From: Methanosuratincolales archaeon
GTDB taxonomy: Archaea; Thermoproteota; Methanomethylicia; Methanomethylicales; Methanomethylicaceae
Reading direction: 5' to 3'
Length of the DNA: 64,000 bases
Assembly: GCA_014361445.1 (NCBI GenBank)
Contig: JACIVQ010000001.1
Span: 10,174-74,173, forward strand
Shown here: positions 56,429 to 64,000 of the stretch, piece by piece
How the letters are laid out: each line of letters opens with the position of its first letter
Numbering within the stretch: position 1 is the stretch's first letter
The notes under the pieces: generated by a model
Databases searched by the model: none
Told to the model about the DNA's origin: nothing
Seen by the model: the letters and a program-made list of their open reading frames with translations, nothing else
Translations under genes and position numbers: made by a program

Positions 56429-57412
56429 ATGGTTTGGTGTAGTAATATGGATAATGTTGGTGAAGAGCTAGACCTAGAGGATCTTTCAGGGATAGGATCC
56501 TCAACGGCAGAGAAACTTAGGAGGGCAGGGATTAGCTCTGTGAAGGAGCTTGCTGCAATATCAGTCAGAGAACTCCTGGAAAGGAGTGAATTGGGCGAGG
56601 GGAAAGCAGAGGAAGTAACAAAGAGCGCCAGGGAATTCTGTCTTCCAAAGGTGTTAAGCGCAAAGGAATTTTTGGAGAGGAGGAGAAAGATGCCGAGATT
56701 GACCACAGGTTCGAAAAACATCGACAAGTTGCTAGGGGGAGGACTCGAACCCGGAATAACCGAGCTTATAGGCGCATTTGGGACTGGGAAAACACAGATC
56801 TGCCTCCAGCTCTGCGTAACCGTACAGCTCACAGAGAATAGGGGAGGCCTAAACGGCACCGCCTTTTATATCGACACAGAGGACACGCTCAAACCTGAAA
56901 GGATTCTACAGATAGCAAAGCGCTTTGGGATTGAGGATGAAGAGATACTGGAGGGCGTTTACTGCTTCAGAGCCATAAATTCGGACCATCAGTTTGAGGG
57001 GCTCAGAGAGGCGGCCCGGTACATTAAGGAAAAATCTGTAAAGCTGTTGATCGTAGACTCGCTAACCTCCCACTTCAGGAGCGAGTATCCGGGAAGGGAA
57101 AATCTGGTCTTAAGGCAACAAAGGCTGAACAACTTTATGCACGGGCTTCAGAAGCTGGTCTCTCTTTATGATCTCATAGTTGTTGCTACAAACCAAGTCG
57201 TGGATGTCCCAGAGGTCATACCTGGCGCCAGACCTGCAAGACCTGCCGGAGGGAACATAGTCGCGCATGGGAGTACATTCAGGTTGTGGCTCGAAAGGTG
57301 CAAGGGTATGACTAGGTTGACCTGCATAGACTCGCCGAAGCACGCGAGAGATACTACCTACGTTACGCTGACTGAGGGAGGGGTCGAGGATGTCGAGGAG
57401 GAGAGGGTTTAG
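56429..57412 (+). CDS. radA: RadA/Rad51-family recombinase (possibly a paralog)
   Basis: N-terminal HhH (LEDLSGIGSSTAEKL), GAFGTGKTQ, YIDTE, IVDSLTSHFRSEY.GR..L..RQQ, TNQV, GGNIVAH. Confidence 0.85.
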   Translation: MVWCSNMDNVGEELDLEDLSGIGSSTAEKLRRAGISSVKELAAISVRELLERSELGEGKAEEVTKSAREFCLPKVLSAKEFLERRRKMPRLTTGSKNIDKLLGGGLEPGITELIGAFGTGKTQICLQLCVTVQLTENRGGLNGTAFYIDTEDTLKPERILQIAKRFGIEDEEILEGVYCFRAINSDHQFEGLREAARYIKEKSVKLLIVDSLTSHFRSEYPGRENLVLRQQRLNNFMHGLQKLVSLYDLIVVATNQVVDVPEVIPGARPARPAGGNIVAHGSTFRLWLERCKGMTRLTCIDSPKHARDTTYVTLTEGGVEDVEEERV

Positions 57413-59787
57413 GGCGACTCTAGCCGCCAATCTCCCTCCTTTCTTGATTTTAGAACTTCCTCCAGTATAACCCTGCGCTCAATTCCAGCCACAATCTTTC
57501 GGGTCCACACAACAACATCAGGGTTAACGCTCAGGCTGTCTATCCCTTGCTTAACTAGGAACTCTGACAGCTCGGGGTAGACGCTCGGACCTTGGCCGCA
57601 TATGCTGACCGTCACGCCGTTCTTGTGGGCCACTTTTATCAGGTGGGATATCGCCCTTAGAACCGCAGGGTCCCTCTCATCGAAATACCTAGAGTCCTGC
57701 GCTGGCAGGATGGGCGAGTCCCTGTCTACTCCGAGAATCAGCTGGGTCAGGTCGTTGCTGCCCACGCTGAACCCATCACACAGCTTTGAGAACTCGTCTG
57801 CCATGAAGATTATTGAGGGTATCTCGGCCATCAGCCAGACCTTGAAGTCCCTGCTCCTCTCAAGTCCCTCTTCCTTCATTATGGAGAGGCACTTCTCCAC
57901 CTCCCAAGTGGTTCTAACAAATGGTAGCATGACGTAAACGTTCTTGAGTCCCCACTCATCCCTGACTCGTTTAATCGCCCTGCACTCCAGCCTGAAGCCG
58001 GGTTCGTATATAGGCGAGATGTACCTGCTCACGCCGCGCCAGCCGATCATAGGGTTGTGCTCCTGTGGCTCGTACTTATCACCACCCTTAAGCTGCCTGT
58101 ACTCGTTTGTCTTGAAGTCGCTGAATCGAACCACAACAGGTCTGGGGTAGATGTTTCTGGCCACCCATGCGATCCCGCTGGCGAGCTTGTCGATGAAACG
58201 CTCCTCCTCGTGCCTCTCTATGAGGTAGAGCGGGTGTTCGCCTATGATGTCAGCTATGATGAACTCTATCCGCATCAGACCTATCCCGTCAAATGGTAGA
58301 TCTTTGTACTTGTCTATCATCGCTGGCTCTCCCAAGTTCATGTATATCTTCGTTCCCGTGGGCGGATAGATCCCTGACATGTTGATTGCTAACGGTGCTG
58401 CCTCCTTCTTCTCTTCAGCAGCCAGGAGGTCTCCGTCGTAAACGATGCCATGGGTGGCGTCAACCGTTATGACCTGCCCGGTCTTTATCACAGATGTTGC
58501 GTTCACCGTGCCAACAATGCAAGGGATGCCCAGCTCGCGGCTCACAATTGCAGCATGACAGGTAATACCACCGCTGTTGGTCACAATTGCCCTCGCCTTC
58601 CTCATGGCAGGAGCCCAGTCTGGCGAGGTCATATGTGTTACTAGAATCTCGCCCGGCTGGAACTGACCAATATCCTTGACGTCCAATATCACCCTTGCCT
58701 TGCCAGAAACTATCCCTGGGGCGGCCGGCAGACCACGTAGGAGGCGCTTCTTCTCCCCCCTAATTGAGGGCCCCTCCTCCTTGGCCTTCTCTTTCTGGGA
58801 CCATACGGTCTCAGGTCTAGCCTGTACGATGTAAAGGCGGTTGTCATCCTCGTCAAGTGCCCACTCGATATCCATAGGGACGCCATAATGCTTCTCAATT
58901 TCTATCGCATACCTAGCAAGCATGATCGCTTGATCTCTAGTTATGCAGGGAGACTCTCGGAGATTCTCAGGAACAGGGATCTCCTTGACAAAGCCGCCTC
59001 CTCCTTCGGCAGGAGATCTTATGGCCATGCGAGATTTTTCAGAGATCGACTCCTTCAATATCACGAGGTTCTTCTTGTCAATTATGAATTGGTCAGGTCT
59101 GACCCTTCCTTGAACAATAGTCTCTCCCACACCGAAGGTACCTTCTATAAGGATTACGTCCCTATTCCCAGTTGCGGGGTCTAGAGTAAAGATAACGCCA
59201 GCAGCCCTACTGTTCACCATCTTTTGGACTCCGACGCTGAGGTAGACCTTGCTATCTTCAAATCCCTTGGCCTTACGGTAAGCAATGGCCCTAGGAGTGT
59301 ACAGGGAGGAGAAGCACTTCTTTACATACTTGAGAAGGGCCTCCTCGCCCTCTACAAATAAAAATGTGTCCTGCTGACCTGCAAAGCTGGCACTCGGGAG
59401 GTCTTCTGCAGTGGCACTACTCCTGACGGCTACCGCTGGATTCTTCTTGCCAAGCTTCTCACCAAGCTCTTTGTATGCTCGAACTATTTCTGATTTTAGA
59501 GCTTCAGGCAGTTCGGCAGACTCGATCATCTCCCTGATCTTAATCGATGTAGACTCCAATAATGCGCTATCAAGAACGTCAACTTTTGATAGTAAATCAA
59601 AGATCATTGGTGCAAGGTTATTCTTCTCTATGTGTAATTTGTAAGCTTCAGCCGTTATGGCAAAACCAGGGGGCACCGGTATCCCAATAGAGATTAACTC
59701 TCCAAGGTTTGCATTTTTGCCACCCACAATACTAACATCATCTTTTCTAAGAGACTCGAAGGGAATGACGTATTTCGGTGAGGCCAT
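57409..59787 (-). CDS. ppsA: Phosphoenolpyruvate synthase (pyruvate, water dikinase)
   Basis: GGKNANLGE, VRSSATAEDL, GGITCHAAIVSRE, DFKTNEY, GSNDLTQ, CGQGPS; real start at ATG 59787. Confidence 0.96.
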   Translation of the reverse strand: MASPKYVIPFESLRKDDVSIVGGKNANLGELISIGIPVPPGFAITAEAYKLHIEKNNLAPMIFDLLSKVDVLDSALLESTSIKIREMIESAELPEALKSEIVRAYKELGEKLGKKNPAVAVRSSATAEDLPSASFAGQQDTFLFVEGEEALLKYVKKCFSSLYTPRAIAYRKAKGFEDSKVYLSVGVQKMVNSRAAGVIFTLDPATGNRDVILIEGTFGVGETIVQGRVRPDQFIIDKKNLVILKESISEKSRMAIRSPAEGGGGFVKEIPVPENLRESPCITRDQAIMLARYAIEIEKHYGVPMDIEWALDEDDNRLYIVQARPETVWSQKEKAKEEGPSIRGEKKRLLRGLPAAPGIVSGKARVILDVKDIGQFQPGEILVTHMTSPDWAPAMRKARAIVTNSGGITCHAAIVSRELGIPCIVGTVNATSVIKTGQVITVDATHGIVYDGDLLAAEEKKEAAPLAINMSGIYPPTGTKIYMNLGEPAMIDKYKDLPFDGIGLMRIEFIIADIIGEHPLYLIERHEEERFIDKLASGIAWVARNIYPRPVVVRFSDFKTNEYRQLKGGDKYEPQEHNPMIGWRGVSRYISPIYEPGFRLECRAIKRVRDEWGLKNVYVMLPFVRTTWEVEKCLSIMKEEGLERSRDFKVWLMAEIPSIIFMADEFSKLCDGFSVGSNDLTQLILGVDRDSPILPAQDSRYFDERDPAVLRAISHLIKVAHKNGVTVSICGQGPSVYPELSEFLVKQGIDSLSVNPDVVVWTRKIVAGIERRVILEEVLKSRKEGDWRLESP

Positions 59788-60242
59788 CAGCAACACCAAA
59801 GAGACTAAAATTTTTAATGTTATAAAACAATTTTGGTAGATCCATAATGATTTATAATATATCGAGATTATCCAGAGTTGATACTCTCCACAACTAAAGG
59901 CAGGGTTTCTGGACGTTCCGGTGATGAGCAGGCTCACATTCAGTCTCGTGTGGGCAAGTAGCCTAGGAATGACTTTCCGTAGCCTTCATTAAGAGATCCG
60001 TTATGAGATCCGTTGATGTATATTTATTTATTTTTGGTAATAATTAAACCACGTGATTGTACTAGCGGGGGATTATTCATTATGGATCATTGATGACCGA
60101 AATTGTAAAACCTATTGTAAAACCGCTCGCTCAAAGTTTCTATCATTTGTATTAAATTTTCATTTTCACATTTCTGCTGTTCAAGGTTTTAACACTTCAA
60201 CGGATGAAAACTGGGATTTCTCGCCCTATAGAGAATAATATG

Positions 60243-60518
60243 TCATCTCAAGATGGTGAATTCTTTGAATTCACCCTTTGGCATATCCCAGTTTATCTTC
60301 AAGTTCTCAACGGAGGCACCAGGAGGGCCTATTCGAACCTCCTCAATTAGTTTAAGTAGAGAGTCCTTTTCCCCTTCCGCCACGATCTCGACGCTCCCAT
60401 TGTTTAGGTTCTGGACATACCCAACAAGCCCGAGCTTCCTTGCTATTCTCAGTGTGAAGTATCTAAAGCCCACTCCTTGGACTATACCATAAACCCTTAT
60501 CTGTGCACGGGCGTGCAA
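60243..60518 (-). CDS. acyP: Acylphosphatase
   Basis: GIVQGVGFR, GYVQN..NGSVEIVAEG, GPP. Confidence 0.94.
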   Translation of the reverse strand: MHARAQIRVYGIVQGVGFRYFTLRIARKLGLVGYVQNLNNGSVEIVAEGEKDSLLKLIEEVRIGPPGASVENLKINWDMPKGEFKEFTILR

Positions 60519-60675
60519 AAGAGTTTACCTCGACAGAATTTTTTATAAAGCGGATATATAAAAAAGTTAAGAAAAATCATTATATTTATTGAATGAGCCG
60601 GGTTGCTAATTCACGACTTCCTGAGGGATCCTCCTTGGGAGGTTTTGATTTAAGATAAAAAATAAAGGTAGGAAG

Positions 60676-62247
60676 TTATGCGGGGATATTTCCGTGGCGC
60701 TTGGGAGGGCGTGGTTGTATCTCGCGCTTAGTGATCAAAGCCTCTAGCGCTTTGATTAGCATCGGTCGAGTTTCCTTTGGTAAGATAACGGCGTCGACGT
60801 ATCCGAGGTTGGCTGCTACGTAGGGGTTAGCGAATTTGTTCCTGTATTCTGCCACAAGCCTATTGGTTATCTCTTTGACCTCCTCTGGCGTCTTTGCCTT
60901 CATCAGCTCGTTCCTGTGGATGATCTCAACTGCACCCTCTGGCCCCATGACTGCGATCTCTGCGGTCGGCCATGCGAAGACCACATCAGCACCGAGGTGC
61001 CTGCTGCACATTGCAATGTAACCGCCACCATAAGCCTTTCTCATTATCACGGTGAGCTTTGGAACTGTGGCCTCTGAATACGCGTAAATGACCTTTGCGC
61101 CGTGCCTTATCACACCACCATGCTCCTGCTTTGTGCCAGGAAGGTATCCAGGAACGTCCACGAAAGTCACGAGAGGTATGTTGAAGGCATCACATGTCCT
61201 AACAAACCTCGCAATCTTGTCTGAAGAGTCGATGTCTAGGCACCCGGCATAAACCAACGGCTGGTTTGCAACCACCCCAACCGACCTGCCATTCAATCTG
61301 GCAAAGCCAACAACAGCATTCGGAGCAAACTGCGCGTGAACCTCAAAGAATGAACCTTTGTCAAAGACGTGATTGATAACGTCGTGGACATCGTATGGCT
61401 TCTTTGGATCTGCAGGTACGACATCGTTTAGCTCCTCGTCCATCCTGTCAGGAGGGTCGGCACACTCGAGGATTGGAGGGTCGTCCATGTTATTAGACGG
61501 GAGATAGCTGAGAAGCTGCTTTATCTGCTTTATGCACTCCTCGTCATTGTCTGCAGCAAAGTGAGCTACTCCGCTCAGTTTCGCATGCGCATCGGCACCA
61601 CCCAAGGTCTCAAATGTTACATCTTCACCAATCGCAGCCTTTACAACTTTTGGACCGGTTATGAACATGTAGCTCGTCTTGCGAACCATAAATATGAAGT
61701 CGGCGAGTGCCGGGGAATAGACCGCGCCTCCCGCGCATGGACCCATGATGGCTATTATTTGAGGAATGACTCCCGATGCCATGACGTTCCTGTAAAAGAT
61801 CTCCCCGTAGCCTGCCAGCGAGTTTATGCCCTCCTGTATCCTCGCGCCTCCAGAGTCGTTTAGTCCAATGAGGGGGGCGCCAGCCTTCAGTGCCATATCT
61901 TGAATTTTTGCGATCTTTTTGGCGTGCATCTCGCTCAGCGAGCCGCCCACAAAAGTGAAGTCCTGCGAGTATACGAAGACAGTCCTACCGTTTATCGTAC
62001 CGTAACCTGTTACAACGGCGTCTCCCAGGACGCGTTTCTTGTCCATATCGAAGTCATAGCACCTGTGTACCACAAACTGGTCGACCTCGACGAAGCTGCC
62101 TGGGTCAAGGAGTTTCTCTATCCTCTCCCTCGCGGTGAGCTTTCCAGCCTTGTGCTGCTTCTCTATGGCCTCGGTCCCGCCACCAAGTTTTGCCTTCTCT
62201 TTAAGCTCGTTTAATTCCTTGAATTTATCAACCAATGATGTAGCCAT
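60676..62247 (-). CDS. Acyl-CoA carboxylase carboxyltransferase subunit (PccB-like)
   Basis: [51 protein letters not shown]. Confidence 0.95.
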   Translation of the reverse strand: MATSLVDKFKELNELKEKAKLGGGTEAIEKQHKAGKLTARERIEKLLDPGSFVEVDQFVVHRCYDFDMDKKRVLGDAVVTGYGTINGRTVFVYSQDFTFVGGSLSEMHAKKIAKIQDMALKAGAPLIGLNDSGGARIQEGINSLAGYGEIFYRNVMASGVIPQIIAIMGPCAGGAVYSPALADFIFMVRKTSYMFITGPKVVKAAIGEDVTFETLGGADAHAKLSGVAHFAADNDEECIKQIKQLLSYLPSNNMDDPPILECADPPDRMDEELNDVVPADPKKPYDVHDVINHVFDKGSFFEVHAQFAPNAVVGFARLNGRSVGVVANQPLVYAGCLDIDSSDKIARFVRTCDAFNIPLVTFVDVPGYLPGTKQEHGGVIRHGAKVIYAYSEATVPKLTVIMRKAYGGGYIAMCSRHLGADVVFAWPTAEIAVMGPEGAVEIIHRNELMKAKTPEEVKEITNRLVAEYRNKFANPYVAANLGYVDAVILPKETRPMLIKALEALITKREIQPRPPKRHGNIPA

Positions 62248-62266
62248 AATATTACACCCCATCTCT

Positions 62267-62698
62267 CTATTCTATAACTACCAACGGGTCTCCAACATTT
62301 ACAAATTTGCCTGGCTGAACCTTGATCTCTTTTACAGTGCCAGCCCTATTTGACTTGATTGGGTTCTCCATCTTCATAGTCTCCAGCGTGAGTAACACGT
62401 CGCCTTCCTTAACGGCGTCACCCACTTTAACTTTCAAAGTCATTACCGTGCCGGGCATGGCAGCCTTTATCGTGCCACCCACAGCGGCTGTTGCCCCAGG
62501 AATTCCAGCAACGCCACTTGTAGCGCCTGTTGCAGCTGCCGCCTGTACCGAGGGCGAGAGCATATCAGCTATGCTGATCTTAAAGGTCTCGTCGTTGACT
62601 TTTACATCGTAGAGACCGTAAGCCTTCTCCTCTATGTTGACGTCGTACTTCACATTACCTATGTTGAGCTGGAACTTATTGATCTTGGACATTGGCAT
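62267..62698 (-). CDS. Biotin carboxyl carrier protein
   Basis: [12 protein letters not shown] biotinylation site. Confidence 0.93.
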   Translation of the reverse strand: MPMSKINKFQLNIGNVKYDVNIEEKAYGLYDVKVNDETFKISIADMLSPSVQAAAATGATSGVAGIPGATAAVGGTIKAAMPGTVMTLKVKVGDAVKEGDVLLTLETMKMENPIKSNRAGTVKEIKVQPGKFVNVGDPLVVIE

Positions 62699-64000
62699 CA
62701 CCTGGCACTTCTTAATCTGCCTGACAAGACCCATCCGCTTGAGACAGGCTGTCGCACGGGCTTGCTCTGAATGTATGAGGCTATAGCGGCGGCTAGTGCC
62801 ACGGTTTTCTTATCCGTGACCGCTGCCCCAGCCTGCGGTTGCTGTGGCGCCTCTTCCGCCTTTGGCTGTATCTTGCTGAGGACGTTTGCCCTGCTCTTCC
62901 TCCAAGCCTCGTCCTGCTCGAACTGGAGCTTTACCTTCTCCAGAATGTTTCTGTCCTGAATGAACTCTGTGTTTATCCTACCCTTTATGAACTCTTCATC
63001 ATTCATGACAACCTTGTGGAAGGGTATCACGGTCTGGATGCCCTCTATGACAAACTCGTCCAGTGCGCGCCTCATCCTCGCGATACACTCGTTGCGGTCG
63101 TTGCCCCATGTCAGCAATTTTACAACCAGAGAGTCGTAGAATGGAGGGATGGTGTAGCCTGCATATATACCGCTGTCTACCCTCACGCCAGGACCACCTG
63201 GCTCTATGTAATTGGTGATCAGACCAATTGAAGGCACAAAGTTGTTGAGGGGATCTTCGGCATTTATACGGCACTCCATGGCATGTCCACGTATCTGGAC
63301 GTCCTCTTGCTTGATCGAGAGAGGTTCGCCCGACGCGATCTTGAGCTGTTCCTTGACTATGTCGATCCCGGTGACGAGCTCTGTTACTGGATGCTCTACC
63401 TGGAGCCTGCTGTTAACTTCCAAGAAGTAGAAGGCATGGTCCTTCTCGGAGTATAGAAATTCGCATGTACCTGCGTTTTCGTAACCTGCTACTTGTGCCA
63501 CTTTAACTGCAGTCTCACCCATTCTCCTTCTCAGATCAGGGTCCTCATACATAACTGGGGATGGTGCTTCCTCAATTAGCTTCTGGTGCCTCCTCTGGAT
63601 GGAGCACTCCCTCTCTCCCAGGTATATCACGTTCCCCTTCTTGTCGGCAAGTATCTGGATCTCGATGTGCCTTGGCTTCTCTACATACTTCTCAATGTAG
63701 ACCTCAGCTCTCGAAAATGCCGATGCAGCTAGCCTCTGCGCCTTCTTGATAGCCTCGAGGAGTTCGTCTTTGCTCCTGCAGACCTGCATGCCAATTCCGC
63801 CGCCACCTCCAGCTGGCTTGACCATTACTGGGTACCCTGCCTCCTCGGCAATTTGAAGGGCGTCTTTGTCGTCCTGTACCGCATCCAGTGCACCTGGCAC
63901 AATGGGGATTCCGGCCTTCTTCATTGTCCGCCTAGCGCCAAGTTTATCGCCCAGAAGCTCCTGCGCCTTTGCCTTTGGTCCGATGAACTCAATCCCGGCC
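62698..64000 (-). CDS. accC: Biotin carboxylase subunit (5' end outside window)
   Basis: [49 protein letters not shown]. Confidence 0.95.
   Translation of the reverse strand, partial: AGIEFIGPKAKAQELLGDKLGARRTMKKAGIPIVPGALDAVQDDKDALQIAEEAGYPVMVKPAGGGGGIGMQVCRSKDELLEAIKKAQRLAASAFSRAEVYIEKYVEKPRHIEIQILADKKGNVIYLGERECSIQRRHQKLIEEAPSPVMYEDPDLRRRMGETAVKVAQVAGYENAGTCEFLYSEKDHAFYFLEVNSRLQVEHPVTELVTGIDIVKEQLKIASGEPLSIKQEDVQIRGHAMECRINAEDPLNNFVPSIGLITNYIEPGGPGVRVDSGIYAGYTIPPFYDSLVVKLLTWGNDRNECIARMRRALDEFVIEGIQTVIPFHKVVMNDEEFIKGRINTEFIQDRNILEKVKLQFEQDEAWRKSRANVLSKIQPKAEEAPQQPQAGAAVTDKKTVALAAAIASYIQSKPVRQPVSSGWVLSGRLRSAR

Noticed and set aside
59788-60240. ppsA N-terminal extension to 59937, ORF 60053..60238 and short duplications (GAGATCCGTT x2, ATTGTAAAACC x2)
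   Set aside because: AT-rich intergenic sequence without coding character; the duplications are too short to interpret
371-63749. Numerous antisense or alternate-frame ORFs in the track (e.g. 371..640, 1286..1795, 3772..4620, 6672..7271, 56074..56859)
   Set aside because: Shadow ORFs of well-supported genes, with no motifs of their own
1-64000. CRISPR array, tRNA or rRNA genes
   Set aside because: No regularly spaced repeats, cloverleaf or rRNA-like sequence seen on reading through

Overview
A 64-kb archaeal chromosomal window. Ribosomal protein S25e, a GHMP-type shikimate kinase, a tetraether synthase, an MtrH homolog and TrmB regulators point to an anaerobic TACK-superphylum archaeon, plausibly Methanomethylicia/Verstraetearchaeota (inference only). 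It is mostly metabolic: LarB/LarC, a reductive pyrimidine catabolism cluster, a three-gene corrinoid-dependent methionine synthase module, a LipS1/LipS2 lipoate assembly cluster, an ABC exporter, cytosine deaminase with an NCS1 permease, an 11-gene transketolase-shikimate-Phe/Tyr operon, a RadA-paralog operon, PEP synthase and a three-subunit acyl-CoA carboxylase. The top candidate for an undescribed system is the pyrimidine cluster. It has PreT/PreA and dihydropyrimidinase but no beta-ureidopropionase; a knotted (YgeW/AOTCase-like) carbamoyltransferase and a small Cys-rich protein sit in its place, with carbamate kinase nearby. This suggests ATP-yielding phosphorolysis of N-carbamoyl-beta-alanine. 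Other observations read directly from the sequence: an exact 23-bp palindromic direct repeat bracketing about 17.8 kb that ends in an integrase remnant; a double-guide C/D-box sRNA aimed at the 16S rRNA 530 loop; dispersed IS200/IS605-like palindromic remnants; two apparent ATT start codons; and a Walker-A-less HerA/VirB4-like gene coupled to a RadA paralog. All functional calls come from motif recognition by eye; no searches were run.
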